Below, in pieces: positions 15,478-25,696 of a stretch of 29,509 nt of DNA. The stretch is from sequence record SRR33789315_95. One strand, 5' to 3'. How positions within the stretch are numbered: the first letter of the stretch is position 1; each line of letters opens with the position of its first letter. The position numbers and the translations under genes are program-made. The notes below the pieces were generated by a model, which saw only the letters and a list, made by a program, of their open reading frames with translations, searched no databases and was not told the origin of the DNA.

Positions 15478-16575
15478 ATGGCGCAAACGGTACTAGAAAT
15501 AAAGCTAAATGCGCTAGCCCACAATTATCACTACTTACGTTCTAAGCTACAAAAAGAAGTGAAAATGATGGGAGTGGTTAAGGCTTATGCCTACGGAAGC
15601 GATGCTGCAGCTGTTTCAATTAAGTTGGTAGAACTAGGAATAGATTATCTAGCCGTAGCGTATGTCAAAGAGGGAATTGCATTGCGGGAAGCAGGTATTA
15701 AAGTTCCTGTTCTTGTATTACACCCGCAGATTGAAAATTTTGAAGCTTTAATTGAACATTGTCTAGAACCCAATATTTATAGCTTTAGAGTACTTGATGC
15801 GTTCATTGAAACGGCAAAATCTAAAAATCAATTAGATTACCCTATTCATATCAAGTTTAACACAGGTCTTAACCGATTGGGTTTTTCAAAAGGAGATGAA
15901 GATTCTTTGCTTGTACAGTTAAAAGAAAGTAAAGCCGTAAAAGTGGCGTCGCTATTTTCGCACTTGGTCGCCAGTGAGGACTTTGAAGAAAAAGAATTTT
16001 CATTAAACCAAATTGCAGATTTTAAGGAAATCACCCAAAATATGATAGCTGGTTTAGGATATAAACCCTTTCTACACCAAAGTAACACCTCGGGAATTAT
16101 AAATTATCCCGAAGCGCAGTTTGATCTCGTGCGTGCTGGTATTGGATTATACGGCTATGGCAATTCAAAAGAGGAAAGTAGCCGTCTTATTCCTATTGCC
16201 TCATTAAAAACCGTTATCTCTCAAATTCACGAAATCAAAGCCGGAGAAACCGTAGGATATAACCGTGCTTATCGTGCTAAAACGGCAGAAACAATTGCAA
16301 CTTTACCTATAGGTCACGCAGATGGGATTTCCCGCCTCTATGGAAATGGTAAAGGATATGTAATTGTAAATGGCCAGAAAGCCCCGTTTGTAGGCAATAT
16401 TTGTATGGATATGGTAATGATTAATATAACCCATATTCCTTGTGTAGAGGGGGATGAGGTCTTGATTTTTGGACCTGATTTACCAGCAGAAGAACTTGCT
16501 GAAAGCATAAGCACAATAGCTTACGAACTTATTACAAGTATATCACAGCGCGTGGAGCGTAAAATTTTAACATAA
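15478..16575 (+). CDS. alr: Alanine racemase
   Basis: VVKAYAYG (PLP Lys), HIKFNTGLNRLG, VGY, GNICMD and TIAYE motifs. Confidence 0.95.
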   Translation: MAQTVLEIKLNALAHNYHYLRSKLQKEVKMMGVVKAYAYGSDAAAVSIKLVELGIDYLAVAYVKEGIALREAGIKVPVLVLHPQIENFEALIEHCLEPNIYSFRVLDAFIETAKSKNQLDYPIHIKFNTGLNRLGFSKGDEDSLLVQLKESKAVKVASLFSHLVASEDFEEKEFSLNQIADFKEITQNMIAGLGYKPFLHQSNTSGIINYPEAQFDLVRAGIGLYGYGNSKEESSRLIPIASLKTVISQIHEIKAGETVGYNRAYRAKTAETIATLPIGHADGISRLYGNGKGYVIVNGQKAPFVGNICMDMVMINITHIPCVEGDEVLIFGPDLPAEELAESISTIAYELITSISQRVERKILT

Positions 16576-16649
16576 TAAAAAAATATTTTTACATTTTTTT
16601 AACTCAAAGTAATTTTGTTATTTAGCATCCACTAACTAATATATTACAT

Positions 16650-17069
16650 ATGGGATTTTTTTCAGATTTTAAATCATTTCTTTTAAAGGGTGATATCGTT
16701 GCTCTTGCGACTGCGGTAATCATAGGCGGTGCATTTAATAAAATTGTAGGTTCATTGGTAGCAGATGTAATTATGCCTGTTATTGGTGTGATCCTAGGAG
16801 GTAAAAATGTAAACGACCTTTTCTTTGCGCTAGACGGTGGTGATTATCCAACTGCTGCTGCTGCTGTAGAAGCTGGTGGTGCTATTATGACTTATGGAAA
16901 CTTTTTACAAGCCATTATCGATTTTATTATTATTGGACTGGTTATCTACTGGTTGCTTAAAGCTTATGAGAAGACCAAAAAAGTAGAAGAAGAAGCTCCG
17001 GCTGCTCCAGCAGGACCAACTACAGAAGAGTTGCTTATACAGATTCGTGATGAATTAAAGAAAAAATAA
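16650..17069 (+). CDS. mscL: Large-conductance mechanosensitive channel
   Basis: [28 protein letters not shown] and [11 protein letters not shown] motifs. Confidence 0.96.
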   Translation: MGFFSDFKSFLLKGDIVALATAVIIGGAFNKIVGSLVADVIMPVIGVILGGKNVNDLFFALDGGDYPTAAAAVEAGGAIMTYGNFLQAIIDFIIIGLVIYWLLKAYEKTKKVEEEAPAAPAGPTTEELLIQIRDELKKK

Positions 17070-17102
17070 TTCTTCACATACCGCTACACTATATTTTAAT
17101 TT

Positions 17103-17131
17103 AACCACCTGGTAATTCAGGTGGTTTTTTT
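17103..17131 (+). terminator. Intrinsic terminator after mscL
   Basis: AACCACCTG-gtaatt-CAGGTGGTT followed by a T-run. Confidence 0.85.
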
Positions 17132-17135
17132 ATGC

Positions 17136-18032
17136 CTACCAATCTTCCTCTGTATAGAATAATTCCCATATTTCTTTAGTTTGAATATATGTTTTTTGCA
17201 CTTCTTCCTCGGTCAATATTTTCTTCCACTTAGTAATATTTTCTTTGGAATTTCTTTTTAAATTAGTTGGAGTACTAGAGAAAGATGTATATTCTTTGAT
17301 TTTATTTTCAATATAAGGCGTAAATGAAATGCCTAATTGCTCATAAAGCTTCTTAATTTCATTTACTGGCTCACTAGAAAGATCCTCGTGTTTCACATAA
17401 ATCCATTCAGGATGTTTCAATTTCATCACAGAGATATAATAATAAATCATATTCCAGAATAATATAGCCTGATCAATTGTGTCATATTCAAATTCTGAAT
17501 ACTGCTCAATTTTATCTTTATACTTGTGAAGTATTTCCATTAGATATGGTTGACTTAAAAATTGCTTGTAATCTCTTTTCCAATCTTTTTCTTTCATACT
17601 TGCGACAAATGCGGCAGGATGTCTTATTATAAAAACATTTTGAGTATTAAGTGTTGAATTAATCCATTCAGAAGAAAAAACAGCAATTGGATCTTTTATG
17701 AGGGTAGTGGCATATTTTTTTTGTTCTACAAACTTCTTCACAGGTTTTAATGCTTGCTTTAAACCATTTGCTCTTTTTATTTCCTCTATCATATGACGAA
17801 AAGAATAAGCATAAAAGCTCGAAACATAAAATTCAAAAGAGTCTAAACGCTCACTAGAATCTCTTAAGGAAACATATTCATACATTTTTTTTAAAGGGGA
17901 AAGTACCTTTTCTCCATGTTGTAGATAATTAAATGGTTCATGTATGTAATTAACATCAGAATTTATCGATAACATTTTTCCCAACCAAGTACTTCCTGAT
18001 CTAGGTGCACCAGTAATAAAGATTTTTTTCAT
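17136..18032 (-). CDS. PAPS-dependent sulfotransferase family protein
   Basis: 5'-PSB motif TGAPRSGSTW, HEP, IKDP, and 3'-PB motif IIRHPAAFVAS. Confidence 0.88.
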   Translation of the reverse strand: MKKIFITGAPRSGSTWLGKMLSINSDVNYIHEPFNYLQHGEKVLSPLKKMYEYVSLRDSSERLDSFEFYVSSFYAYSFRHMIEEIKRANGLKQALKPVKKFVEQKKYATTLIKDPIAVFSSEWINSTLNTQNVFIIRHPAAFVASMKEKDWKRDYKQFLSQPYLMEILHKYKDKIEQYSEFEYDTIDQAILFWNMIYYYISVMKLKHPEWIYVKHEDLSSEPVNEIKKLYEQLGISFTPYIENKIKEYTSFSSTPTNLKRNSKENITKWKKILTEEEVQKTYIQTKEIWELFYTEEDW

Positions 18033-18206
18033 TCGAGTATAATTTATATCATGCTATAATAAAACTTTAATTTTAAAACTATAGAATCCTATTCTCTTTT
18101 TTAAATTTTTAATTTTAATAGAATTAACAAAATCAAGTAAGAAGCTAACAAAAAAAACAAATGTGTTATTTTTTTTAGCAAGTTGTTTATATACAACCAC
18201 AAGGTT

Positions 18207-18214
18207 TACTTTTG
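18207..18214 (+). promoter_or_regulatory. -7 promoter element for asd
   Basis: TACTTTTG 30 bp upstream of the ATG at 18245. Confidence 0.55.
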
Positions 18215-18244
18215 GACTCCTTAAATAGAAACAAATATTAGATA

Positions 18245-19234
18245 ATGAAAGTAGCAGTTGTAGGTGCCACCGGAATGGTTGGGCAAGTAATGTTGCGAGT
18301 TTTGGCAGAGCGTAATTTTCCCATTACAGAATTAATTCCAGTAGCTTCAGAAAAATCTGTTGGTAAAACAGTAATTTATAAAGACAAAGAATATATTATA
18401 TCCTCTATGGAGGATGCTATAAATGCAGTTCCAGATATTGCCATTTTTTCAGCAGGTGGAGGAACTTCTTTAGAATATGCTCCAAAATTTGCAGCCAACG
18501 GAACTGTTGTCGTAGACAACTCTTCTGCTTGGAGAATGGACGCCTCAAAAAAATTGATCGTTCCAGAAATCAATGCAGATGAGCTTAACAAAGAAGATAA
18601 AATTATCGCTAACCCTAATTGTTCTACAATACAAATGGTTATGGCTTTAGCGCCATTGCATAAACAATATAAGATAAAGCGTTTAGTTATTTCGACTTAT
18701 CAATCTATAACAGGCACAGGAGTAAAAGCAGTAAGACAGTTGGAAAATGAGTATATAAATGCTCCTGGCGAAATGGCATATCCTTATCCTATACACCGTA
18801 ACGCAATTCCTGCGTGTGATGTTTTTGAAGAAAATGGATACACCAAAGAGGAAATGAAACTGGTGCGAGAAACCCAGAAAATTCTCAATGATAAAACGAT
18901 AGCTGTTACCGCAACAGCAGTACGTATTCCTGTTGTAGGTGGACATAGTGAGGCAATTAATGTAGAATTTAGAGAAGATTTTGACCTGCAAGAAGTGCGT
19001 CAACTCTTACAAAATACAGATGGTGTTACTTTACAAGACAATCCAGATACAAACACCTATCCTATGCCTATTTATGCAGAAGGAAAAAATGATGTTTTTG
19101 TAGGAAGATTACGTCGGGACCTCTCTCAACCCAATACATTAAATATGTGGGTTGTATCAGATAATCTTCGTAAGGGTGCTGCTACAAATGCCGTACAAAT
19201 CGCAGAATATTTAAAAGCTAAAGGACTAGTTTAA
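18245..19234 (+). CDS. asd: Aspartate-semialdehyde dehydrogenase
   Basis: VGATGMVG, DNSSAWRM, IANPNCST and DNLRKGAATNAVQIAE motifs. Confidence 0.97.
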   Translation: MKVAVVGATGMVGQVMLRVLAERNFPITELIPVASEKSVGKTVIYKDKEYIISSMEDAINAVPDIAIFSAGGGTSLEYAPKFAANGTVVVDNSSAWRMDASKKLIVPEINADELNKEDKIIANPNCSTIQMVMALAPLHKQYKIKRLVISTYQSITGTGVKAVRQLENEYINAPGEMAYPYPIHRNAIPACDVFEENGYTKEEMKLVRETQKILNDKTIAVTATAVRIPVVGGHSEAINVEFREDFDLQEVRQLLQNTDGVTLQDNPDTNTYPMPIYAEGKNDVFVGRLRRDLSQPNTLNMWVVSDNLRKGAATNAVQIAEYLKAKGLV

Positions 19235-19258
19235 AAGACAATTGATCCTTTTTGACCC

Positions 19259-19287
19259 AGCCTCTCCCTAACAGGAGAGGCTTTTTT
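19259..19287 (+). terminator. Intrinsic terminator after asd
   Basis: AGCCTCTCC-ctaaca-GGAGAGGCT followed by a T-run. Confidence 0.85.
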
Positions 19288-19291
19288 ATGT

Positions 19292-19299
19292 TACATTTG
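19292..19299 (+). promoter_or_regulatory. -7 promoter element for prolyl oligopeptidase
   Basis: TACATTTG 20 bp upstream of the ATG at 19320. Confidence 0.55.
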
Positions 19300-19319
19300 A
19301 AATTTAAATTTCGTTCTAA

Positions 19320-21485
19320 ATGAATAAATTCATATTTATATCCCTCATAATCGTGATTTTATCTAGTACCAAAGTTAATTCACAGCAAAAATTATTGCCT
19401 GCCTTGAAATACCCTCAAACTACTAAAGTTGATACCGTTACAGATTATTTTGGAACAAAAGTTAGTGACCCCTATCGCTGGTTAGAAGATGATCGAAGCC
19501 CAGAAACAGAAGATTGGGTGAAAACACAGAATAAATTAACTTTTGGATATTTAAACCAAATTCCTTTTCGCAATGCTATCAAAGAAAAATTAGAAGCTAT
19601 TTGGAATTATGAGAAAATAGGCGCCCCATTTAACGAAGGGGCTTTTACTTATTTCTATAAAAATAACGGACTCCAAAACCAATATGTATTATACAGATAC
19701 CTTTCAGATAAACTTCCTGAAACCGCAAAAGTATTTCTAGATCCCAATACCTTTTCTAAAGACGGAACCATTTCTTTAGGAGGCTTAAGTTTTTCCAAAA
19801 ACGGAAAAATCGTAGCCTATAGCATCTCAGAAGGCGGTAGCGATTGGCGCAAAATTGTTATTATGGATGCGTTAACAAAAGAAATAAAAGGAGACACCCT
19901 TAAAGATGTGAAATTTAGCGGAATGTCTTGGTTGGGCAACAGCGGTTTCTACTACAGCAGTTATGACAAACCTAAAGGAAGTGAGCTTTCAGCTAAAACA
20001 GATCAACACAAAGTATATTACCACGCATTAGGCACGCCACAAGCTGAAGATGAGTTAGTGTATGGTGGAACAGAAGCCGAAAAACACCGTTATATTTATG
20101 GCGATGTAACAGAAGATAACCATTATCTCATCATCTCCCCTAGAACCTCAACTTCGGGTAATAAATTATTAATCAAGGATTTAAATAAAGATAAAAGCAA
20201 ATTTGTAACCATACTCGATCATACAGATTCAGATTCGTATGTTATAGATAATGTGGGAAGCAAACTATTTATTGTAACCAACCTAAACGCACCAAACAAA
20301 AAAATCGTAACGGTCGATGCTTCAAATCCAACGCCTGAAAATTGGGTTGATTTTATTCCTGAAACAGAAAATGTACTAAATCCTTCAACTGGTGGCGGCT
20401 ATTTTTTTGCTAATTATATGATAGATGCCATTTCACAAGTAAAACAATACGATTATGACGGAAAATTTATACATGATATAACCTTGCCGGGAATAGGAAG
20501 TGCAGGTGGATTTGGAACTAAAAAAGAGAAGAAATATACCTATTATTCATTCACAAATTACACCACACCCGGAAGTATCTATAAGTATGATATCAAAAAA
20601 GGAATTTCAACACTTTATAAAAAGCCCGAAATTAATTTTGATCCTTCCCAATACATAAGCACGCAGGTATTTTATCCCTCAAAAGATGGAACTCAAGTGC
20701 CCATGATCATAACCCATAAAAAAGGCATAGTTCTTAACGGAAAAAACCCTACTATTTTATATGGGTATGGTGGTTTTAATATAAGCCTTACGCCGTCTTT
20801 TAGTATTACCAATGCCGTCTGGATGGAACTAGGTGGTGTTTATGCTGTTCCTAACTTACGTGGAGGTGGTGAATATGGGCAAAAATGGCATAATGCTGGT
20901 ACTCAAATGCAAAAACAAAATGTGTTTGATGACTTTATAGCAGCGGCAGAATATCTTATTGATAACAACTACACCAGTAGTGATTATCTGGCTATTAGAG
21001 GTGGTTCTAACGGCGGACTTCTTGTTGGCGCTACAATGACACAACGACCAGACCTCATGCGGGTTGCATTACCCGCTGTAGGTGTTATGGATATGTTGCG
21101 TTATCATACATTTACAGCAGGAGCCGGTTGGGCTTACGACTATGGTACTGCAGAAGATAGTCCTGAAATGTTTGCCTATCTTAAAGGCTATTCACCAGTG
21201 CATAATGTAAAAGCTGGGGTAAAATATCCAGCAACATTAGTAACTACTGGCGATCATGATGATCGGGTTGTACCTGCCCACAGCTTTAAATTTGCTGCAG
21301 AATTGCAGGAAAAACAGGCAGGAACAGCTCCTGTTTTAATCAGAATTGAGACAGATGCGGGACACGGTGCAGGAACACCTGTAAGTAAAACTATTGAGCA
21401 ATATGCAGATATTTATGCCTTTACACTATACAATATGGGCTTCATTACGCTACCAGATAGTATCCCAGAAAAGCTAAAAGATTAA
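19320..21485 (+). CDS. Prolyl oligopeptidase (S9A), secreted
   Basis: Signal peptide; DPYRWLED and YGYGGF; catalytic GGSNGG (Ser), HDDRV (Asp) and AGHG (His). Confidence 0.96.
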   Translation: MNKFIFISLIIVILSSTKVNSQQKLLPALKYPQTTKVDTVTDYFGTKVSDPYRWLEDDRSPETEDWVKTQNKLTFGYLNQIPFRNAIKEKLEAIWNYEKIGAPFNEGAFTYFYKNNGLQNQYVLYRYLSDKLPETAKVFLDPNTFSKDGTISLGGLSFSKNGKIVAYSISEGGSDWRKIVIMDALTKEIKGDTLKDVKFSGMSWLGNSGFYYSSYDKPKGSELSAKTDQHKVYYHALGTPQAEDELVYGGTEAEKHRYIYGDVTEDNHYLIISPRTSTSGNKLLIKDLNKDKSKFVTILDHTDSDSYVIDNVGSKLFIVTNLNAPNKKIVTVDASNPTPENWVDFIPETENVLNPSTGGGYFFANYMIDAISQVKQYDYDGKFIHDITLPGIGSAGGFGTKKEKKYTYYSFTNYTTPGSIYKYDIKKGISTLYKKPEINFDPSQYISTQVFYPSKDGTQVPMIITHKKGIVLNGKNPTILYGYGGFNISLTPSFSITNAVWMELGGVYAVPNLRGGGEYGQKWHNAGTQMQKQNVFDDFIAAAEYLIDNNYTSSDYLAIRGGSNGGLLVGATMTQRPDLMRVALPAVGVMDMLRYHTFTAGAGWAYDYGTAEDSPEMFAYLKGYSPVHNVKAGVKYPATLVTTGDHDDRVVPAHSFKFAAELQEKQAGTAPVLIRIETDAGHGAGTPVSKTIEQYADIYAFTLYNMGFITLPDSIPEKLKD

Positions 21486-21508
21486 ATCCGTTATCTTTAC
21501 AAAATACT

Positions 21509-21538
21509 AGCCTGATGTTTTACTCATCAGGCTTTTTT
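21509..21538 (+). terminator. Intrinsic terminator after prolyl oligopeptidase
   Basis: AGCCTGATG-ttttact-CATCAGGCT followed by a T-run. Confidence 0.75.
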
Positions 21539-21548
21539 AAATTACCCT

Positions 21549-22502
21549 ATGCTAAAGGTTAATATTGATCAATTCTCCTACGCGACAGAACCGGTACTCG
21601 AAAATATTATTCTTGAGTTAAAAACTGGACAGCACCTCTTTATTTTAGGCGAAAGTGGCTGCGGAAAAAGCACCTTATTAAAAGCTATTTATGGCTTGCT
21701 AGACCTAGACCACGGAAGCATTTTCTGGAAACAAAAACAAATATTAGGTCCGGCGTATAATCTTGTTCCTGGGGAGTCATATATAAAATATCTTGCGCAA
21801 GATTTTGACTTAATGCCATTCATTTCTGTGGCAGATAATATCGGGAAACACTTATCCCGCATAGACATGAAAGCGCGTCAAGAACGTATTGATGAATTGC
21901 TGGAAGTTGTCAATATGACTGCGCATCGTGAGCGACACGTTAAATTACTAAGCGGCGGACAAAAACAACGGGTTGCATTAGCACGTGCACTAGCAAAAGA
22001 GCCCGAATTAATGCTCTTAGATGAACCCTTTTCCCATATTGATCATTTCCTGCGTAACGATCTTAGACGCAAAGTTTACGCCTATCTAAAGAAAGAAAAT
22101 ATCACCTGTATTACAGCCTCACACGATAGTGAAGAAGCGCTTTCTTTTGCTGACGAAATCTGTATTATGCGCGCTGGAAAATTTATAAGATCTGGCACTG
22201 CCGAAGCTTTATTTAATAATCCCGAAACACGTTATGCGGCGTCTTTTTTTGGGGATGTAAACGTGCTCCCTAAGTTTATTTTTGATGAAAAAAACAAAAC
22301 AACAGAAAGGCTTTTTTTATATCCTCAACAGCTTAAAGCTACCCATAAAAAAACAGCATTGTCTGTAACGGTGATAAATGCCTATTTTAAAGGAAGTCAC
22401 TGGTTAATTGAGGGAATTTGGAAAGGGGAATCTGTTTTCTTTAATCATCCTGTTGCGCTTGATAAGCAATCTGAAGTTTATCTAGAGCGCCAACTCGGCT
22501 AG
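21549..22502 (+). CDS. ABC transporter ATP-binding protein (FbpC/PotA-like)
   Basis: Walker A GESGCGKST, signature LSGGQKQR, Walker B LLDEPF and H-loop SHD. Confidence 0.92.
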   Translation: MLKVNIDQFSYATEPVLENIILELKTGQHLFILGESGCGKSTLLKAIYGLLDLDHGSIFWKQKQILGPAYNLVPGESYIKYLAQDFDLMPFISVADNIGKHLSRIDMKARQERIDELLEVVNMTAHRERHVKLLSGGQKQRVALARALAKEPELMLLDEPFSHIDHFLRNDLRRKVYAYLKKENITCITASHDSEEALSFADEICIMRAGKFIRSGTAEALFNNPETRYAASFFGDVNVLPKFIFDEKNKTTERLFLYPQQLKATHKKTALSVTVINAYFKGSHWLIEGIWKGESVFFNHPVALDKQSEVYLERQLG

Positions 22503-23618
22503 GTCTTGCCCTATTAAACTCCCAATGGCGATGCCAATACCGCCTAAACGCACACCACAATAGACGTGATCTGCCACTTGCATCACAATGGGGTTTTTTT
22601 GACTTCCCATTCCCATAATGCCACTCCAGCATTGATCTATTTCTACCGAAATATCTGGTAAAATGGTATTAAGAAGCAGCTCTTCTAATGCTTGCTGAAT
22701 AGGTGCTGATATGCCTTTTGTAATCGTTTCTTCACCGCTAAAATCGAGATTGCGACCACCACCTAGCAAGATTCTATCATTTATATTTCTGAAATAATAA
22801 TAGCCTCTATCCAAGTGAAAGGTTCCCTTAATCTTTAATCCTTTAATGGGTTTTGTTATTAAGACTTGGGCTCGAGCGGGTTTTACTTCTTCAATTCCTA
22901 AGGTGTTGGCAAAACCATTTGCGGCAATGCAAAGTTTCTTTGCCTTGAGGTTAAAATTTTTAAGCCGAATCGTTACGCTATTAGCAGATGAAGTGAAACC
23001 AATAACTTCTTGATTATTTAGGATTAAGATGTCTTTTTTATGTGCTTTCTTGACAAGTGCACGCATCATTTTTCCTGTATCAATTTGGCTTTCAAAACGA
23101 TTATATATCACATTAGGCTGAATATTTTTAAACCCGAAAGGATTCTTTTTGAGTTCAAAAACAGACTTGCCTACTACATTATTTATTAAACCGTTGATCC
23201 TGGCTAATTGTTCTAGGCTAGACTCATAAAGGAATTTATCTTGGGTTCTAAAAAGTTCGTAGCCTCCCCAGTTTTTGTAACCTATCGCCTTATCTCCTAA
23301 ATTTTTACGCAGCAACTGCAACCCGCGGTAGCGTTTATCAATAAGCTGAGTAATCTGCTCTTCTGAATGGTGCTGAAGATCATCTAGAATTTCTGAAACA
23401 CTACCAAAACTAGCAAAACCTGCATTTTTTGTACTGGCACCATCGGGGAGCATTCCTTTTTCTAGAATGAGAATTTTTGCTTTGGGATCTTTTTCACGTA
23501 AATGTAAGGCGCAATTGAGTCCTGTGATTCCGCTTCCTATGATGGCATAATCCACATTTTCTAACCAGGATTTGTATTCCCAATATGAAAATTCTGAATA
23601 CTGACCCTGTTGTTTCAC
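22482..23618 (-). CDS. FAD-dependent oxidoreductase (DAO/PuuB-like)
   Basis: SYWE, IIGSGITG dinucleotide-binding motif, GASTKNAGF and GYYYFR. The start is uncertain: GTG 23618 is chosen; ATG 23660 and GTG 23684 lie inside the repeat element. Confidence 0.88.
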   Translation of the reverse strand: MKQQGQYSEFSYWEYKSWLENVDYAIIGSGITGLNCALHLREKDPKAKILILEKGMLPDGASTKNAGFASFGSVSEILDDLQHHSEEQITQLIDKRYRGLQLLRKNLGDKAIGYKNWGGYELFRTQDKFLYESSLEQLARINGLINNVVGKSVFELKKNPFGFKNIQPNVIYNRFESQIDTGKMMRALVKKAHKKDILILNNQEVIGFTSSANSVTIRLKNFNLKAKKLCIAANGFANTLGIEEVKPARAQVLITKPIKGLKIKGTFHLDRGYYYFRNINDRILLGGGRNLDFSGEETITKGISAPIQQALEELLLNTILPDISVEIDQCWSGIMGMGSQKNPIVMQVADHVYCGVRLGGIGIAIGSLIGQDLAELAL

Positions 23619-23628
23619 GGTACTGCTT

Positions 23629-23724
23629 GCGTTAGGGATGGAGTGTTTGTTTGAGCTCATCCCGATAAAGGGATAGCGAGTCACGAGAGCCCGACCCCAG
23701 TAAAAGAATACTGGGGTAACGCCC
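23629..23724 (+). ncRNA. Flavo-1-like structured RNA/repeat element
   Basis: GCGTTAGGGATGGAG...GAGCCCGACCCC...GGGGTAACGCCC. Closing stem GCGTTA/TAACGC; internal hairpins ATCCC/GGGAT and CCCCAGTA/TACTGGGG. Matches my recollection of the flavobacterial Flavo-1 motif. Confidence 0.7.
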
Positions 23725-23729
23725 TTATT

Positions 23730-25088
23730 TTATTCCTCTTCTACTAAGGGTTTCATGACAAAATCTTCCATGAACTTAGTGGTGTAATTTCCTGCGATAT
23801 AATCTGGATGATCCATCAATTGCCTGTGAAAGGGTATGGTGGTCTTTACGCCCTCAATGACAAACTCGTCTAAAGCACGTTTCATCTTGCTTATTGCCTC
23901 TTCGCGTGTTTGCGCTGTGGTAATGAGTTTTGCGATCATAGAATCATAATTGGGCGGAATTGCATAGCCACTATATACGTGTGTATCTATGCGAACGCCG
24001 TGACCACCTGGTGCGTGCAGGTTTGTGATTCTGCCTGGTGATGGTCTAAAATTATGAAAAGGATCTTCTGCGTTAATTCTACACTCGATAGAATGCAGTT
24101 GTGGATAGTAATTTCTTCCCGAGATAGGGACGCCTGCCGCTACAAGTATTTGCTCACGTATAAGGTCGTAATCTACAACTTGCTCTGTAATGGGATGCTC
24201 TACCTGAATACGGGTGTTCATCTCCATAAAGTAGAATTTGCGGTGTTTATCTACTAAAAATTCTATTGTTCCCGCACCTTCATATTTGATAAATTCTGCT
24301 GCGCGAACGGCTGCAGTTCCCATTTCTTCTCGAAGTTCATCTGTCATGAATGGAGAGGGCGTTTCTTCTGTCAGTTTTTGATGGCGACGTTGTATCGAGC
24401 AATCGCGTTCTGAAAGGTGACAGGCTTTACCTCTACTATCTCCCACGATTTGAATCTCGATATGTCGAGGTTCTTCGATGAGTTTTTCCATATACATACC
24501 ATCATTACCAAAAGCTGCGCTGGCTTCTTGACGTGCAGAATCCCAGGCTTTTTTAAGGTCTTCGGGTTTCCATACGGCACGCATACCTTTTCCGCCACCT
24601 CCTGCGGTTGCTTTAAGCATAACGGGATAGCCGGTTTCTTTGGCAATTTTTACAGCGTCTTCAAATGAGGCGAGTATACCTTCACTTCCGGGTACACAAG
24701 GTACTCCGGCTTTTTTCATCGTGGCTTTGGCGGTAGCCTTATCTCCCATTTTTGAGATCATCTCTGCCGAAGCGCCGATAAATTTTATTTCATGTTCTTC
24801 ACAGATTTTGGAGAACTTAGCATTTTCTGAAAGGAAACCATATCCAGGATGAATGGCATCTGCATTGGTAATTTCTGCAGCGGCAATAATGTTTGCCATT
24901 TTAAGATAGGATTCACTACTGGGAGCTGGGCCAATACATACGGCTTCATCTGCAAAACGTACATGAAGACTTTCTGCATCTGCGGTAGAATAAACTGCTA
25001 CCGTCTTGATACCCATTTCTTTACAAGTTCTTATAACCCGTAAGGCTATCTCACCCCTGTTAGCGATTAATATTTTTTTGAACATCAT
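23730..25088 (-). CDS. accC: Acetyl-CoA carboxylase biotin carboxylase subunit
   Basis: [38 protein letters not shown] and ECRINAED motifs. Confidence 0.98.
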   Translation of the reverse strand: MMFKKILIANRGEIALRVIRTCKEMGIKTVAVYSTADAESLHVRFADEAVCIGPAPSSESYLKMANIIAAAEITNADAIHPGYGFLSENAKFSKICEEHEIKFIGASAEMISKMGDKATAKATMKKAGVPCVPGSEGILASFEDAVKIAKETGYPVMLKATAGGGGKGMRAVWKPEDLKKAWDSARQEASAAFGNDGMYMEKLIEEPRHIEIQIVGDSRGKACHLSERDCSIQRRHQKLTEETPSPFMTDELREEMGTAAVRAAEFIKYEGAGTIEFLVDKHRKFYFMEMNTRIQVEHPITEQVVDYDLIREQILVAAGVPISGRNYYPQLHSIECRINAEDPFHNFRPSPGRITNLHAPGGHGVRIDTHVYSGYAIPPNYDSMIAKLITTAQTREEAISKMKRALDEFVIEGVKTTIPFHRQLMDHPDYIAGNYTTKFMEDFVMKPLVEEE

Positions 25089-25181
25089 TTGTATCTTACA
25101 ATTAGTTTTTAGGCTGACTACCGCTATTCACGCAAGGCAAGAATGGGGTAATCAATTTGTCCCGATAATGCACTTAATGCA

Positions 25182-25664
25182 TTAAGCAGGGTCAACCAAA
25201 AATAAGGGCTGATCAAATTCTACAGGAGAAGCGTCGTCAACTAAGACTTTTATAATTTTACCAGAAATCTCGCTTTCTATTTCATTAAAGAGTTTCATCG
25301 CTTCAATTACACATAGCACATCACCTTCTTTAAATTCTGCGCCTACCTCAACAAAAGGTGGCTTATCTGGAGAAGGTTTACGGTAGAATGTCCCAATAAT
25401 GGGTGATTTAATCGTAATGAATTTTGAGGACACATCGTCCTGCTTTTTTTCAGTTTCAACGGCAACGGGAGTTGCAGCCGCAGGTTGTTGAGCTACCATG
25501 GGTGCCGGATTCATAGGATAGCCTTGTACTAAAGCAACATTATCTTTAGAATCTTCGTTAGCTGTTTTAATGGTGATTTTTATATCATCCATTTCCAACT
25601 TTACTTCACTTGCTCCAGATTTTGCGACAAATCGGATTAAATTTTGAATTTCTTTTAAATCCAT
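25182..25664 (-). CDS. accB: Biotin carboxyl carrier protein
   Basis: EAMKL biotinylation motif and SPIIGTFYR; the ATG at 25664 (MDLKEI) is preferred. Confidence 0.97.
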   Translation of the reverse strand: MDLKEIQNLIRFVAKSGASEVKLEMDDIKITIKTANEDSKDNVALVQGYPMNPAPMVAQQPAAATPVAVETEKKQDDVSSKFITIKSPIIGTFYRKPSPDKPPFVEVGAEFKEGDVLCVIEAMKLFNEIESEISGKIIKVLVDDASPVEFDQPLFLVDPA

Positions 25665-25696
25665 ATTCAATTAGGGTTAGCCAGGTTAGTTAGCAT

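Noticed and set aside
25089-25181. Imperfect hairpins in the accB-accC spacer
   Set aside because: Several mismatches, no U-tract and no recognisable family; too weak to call.
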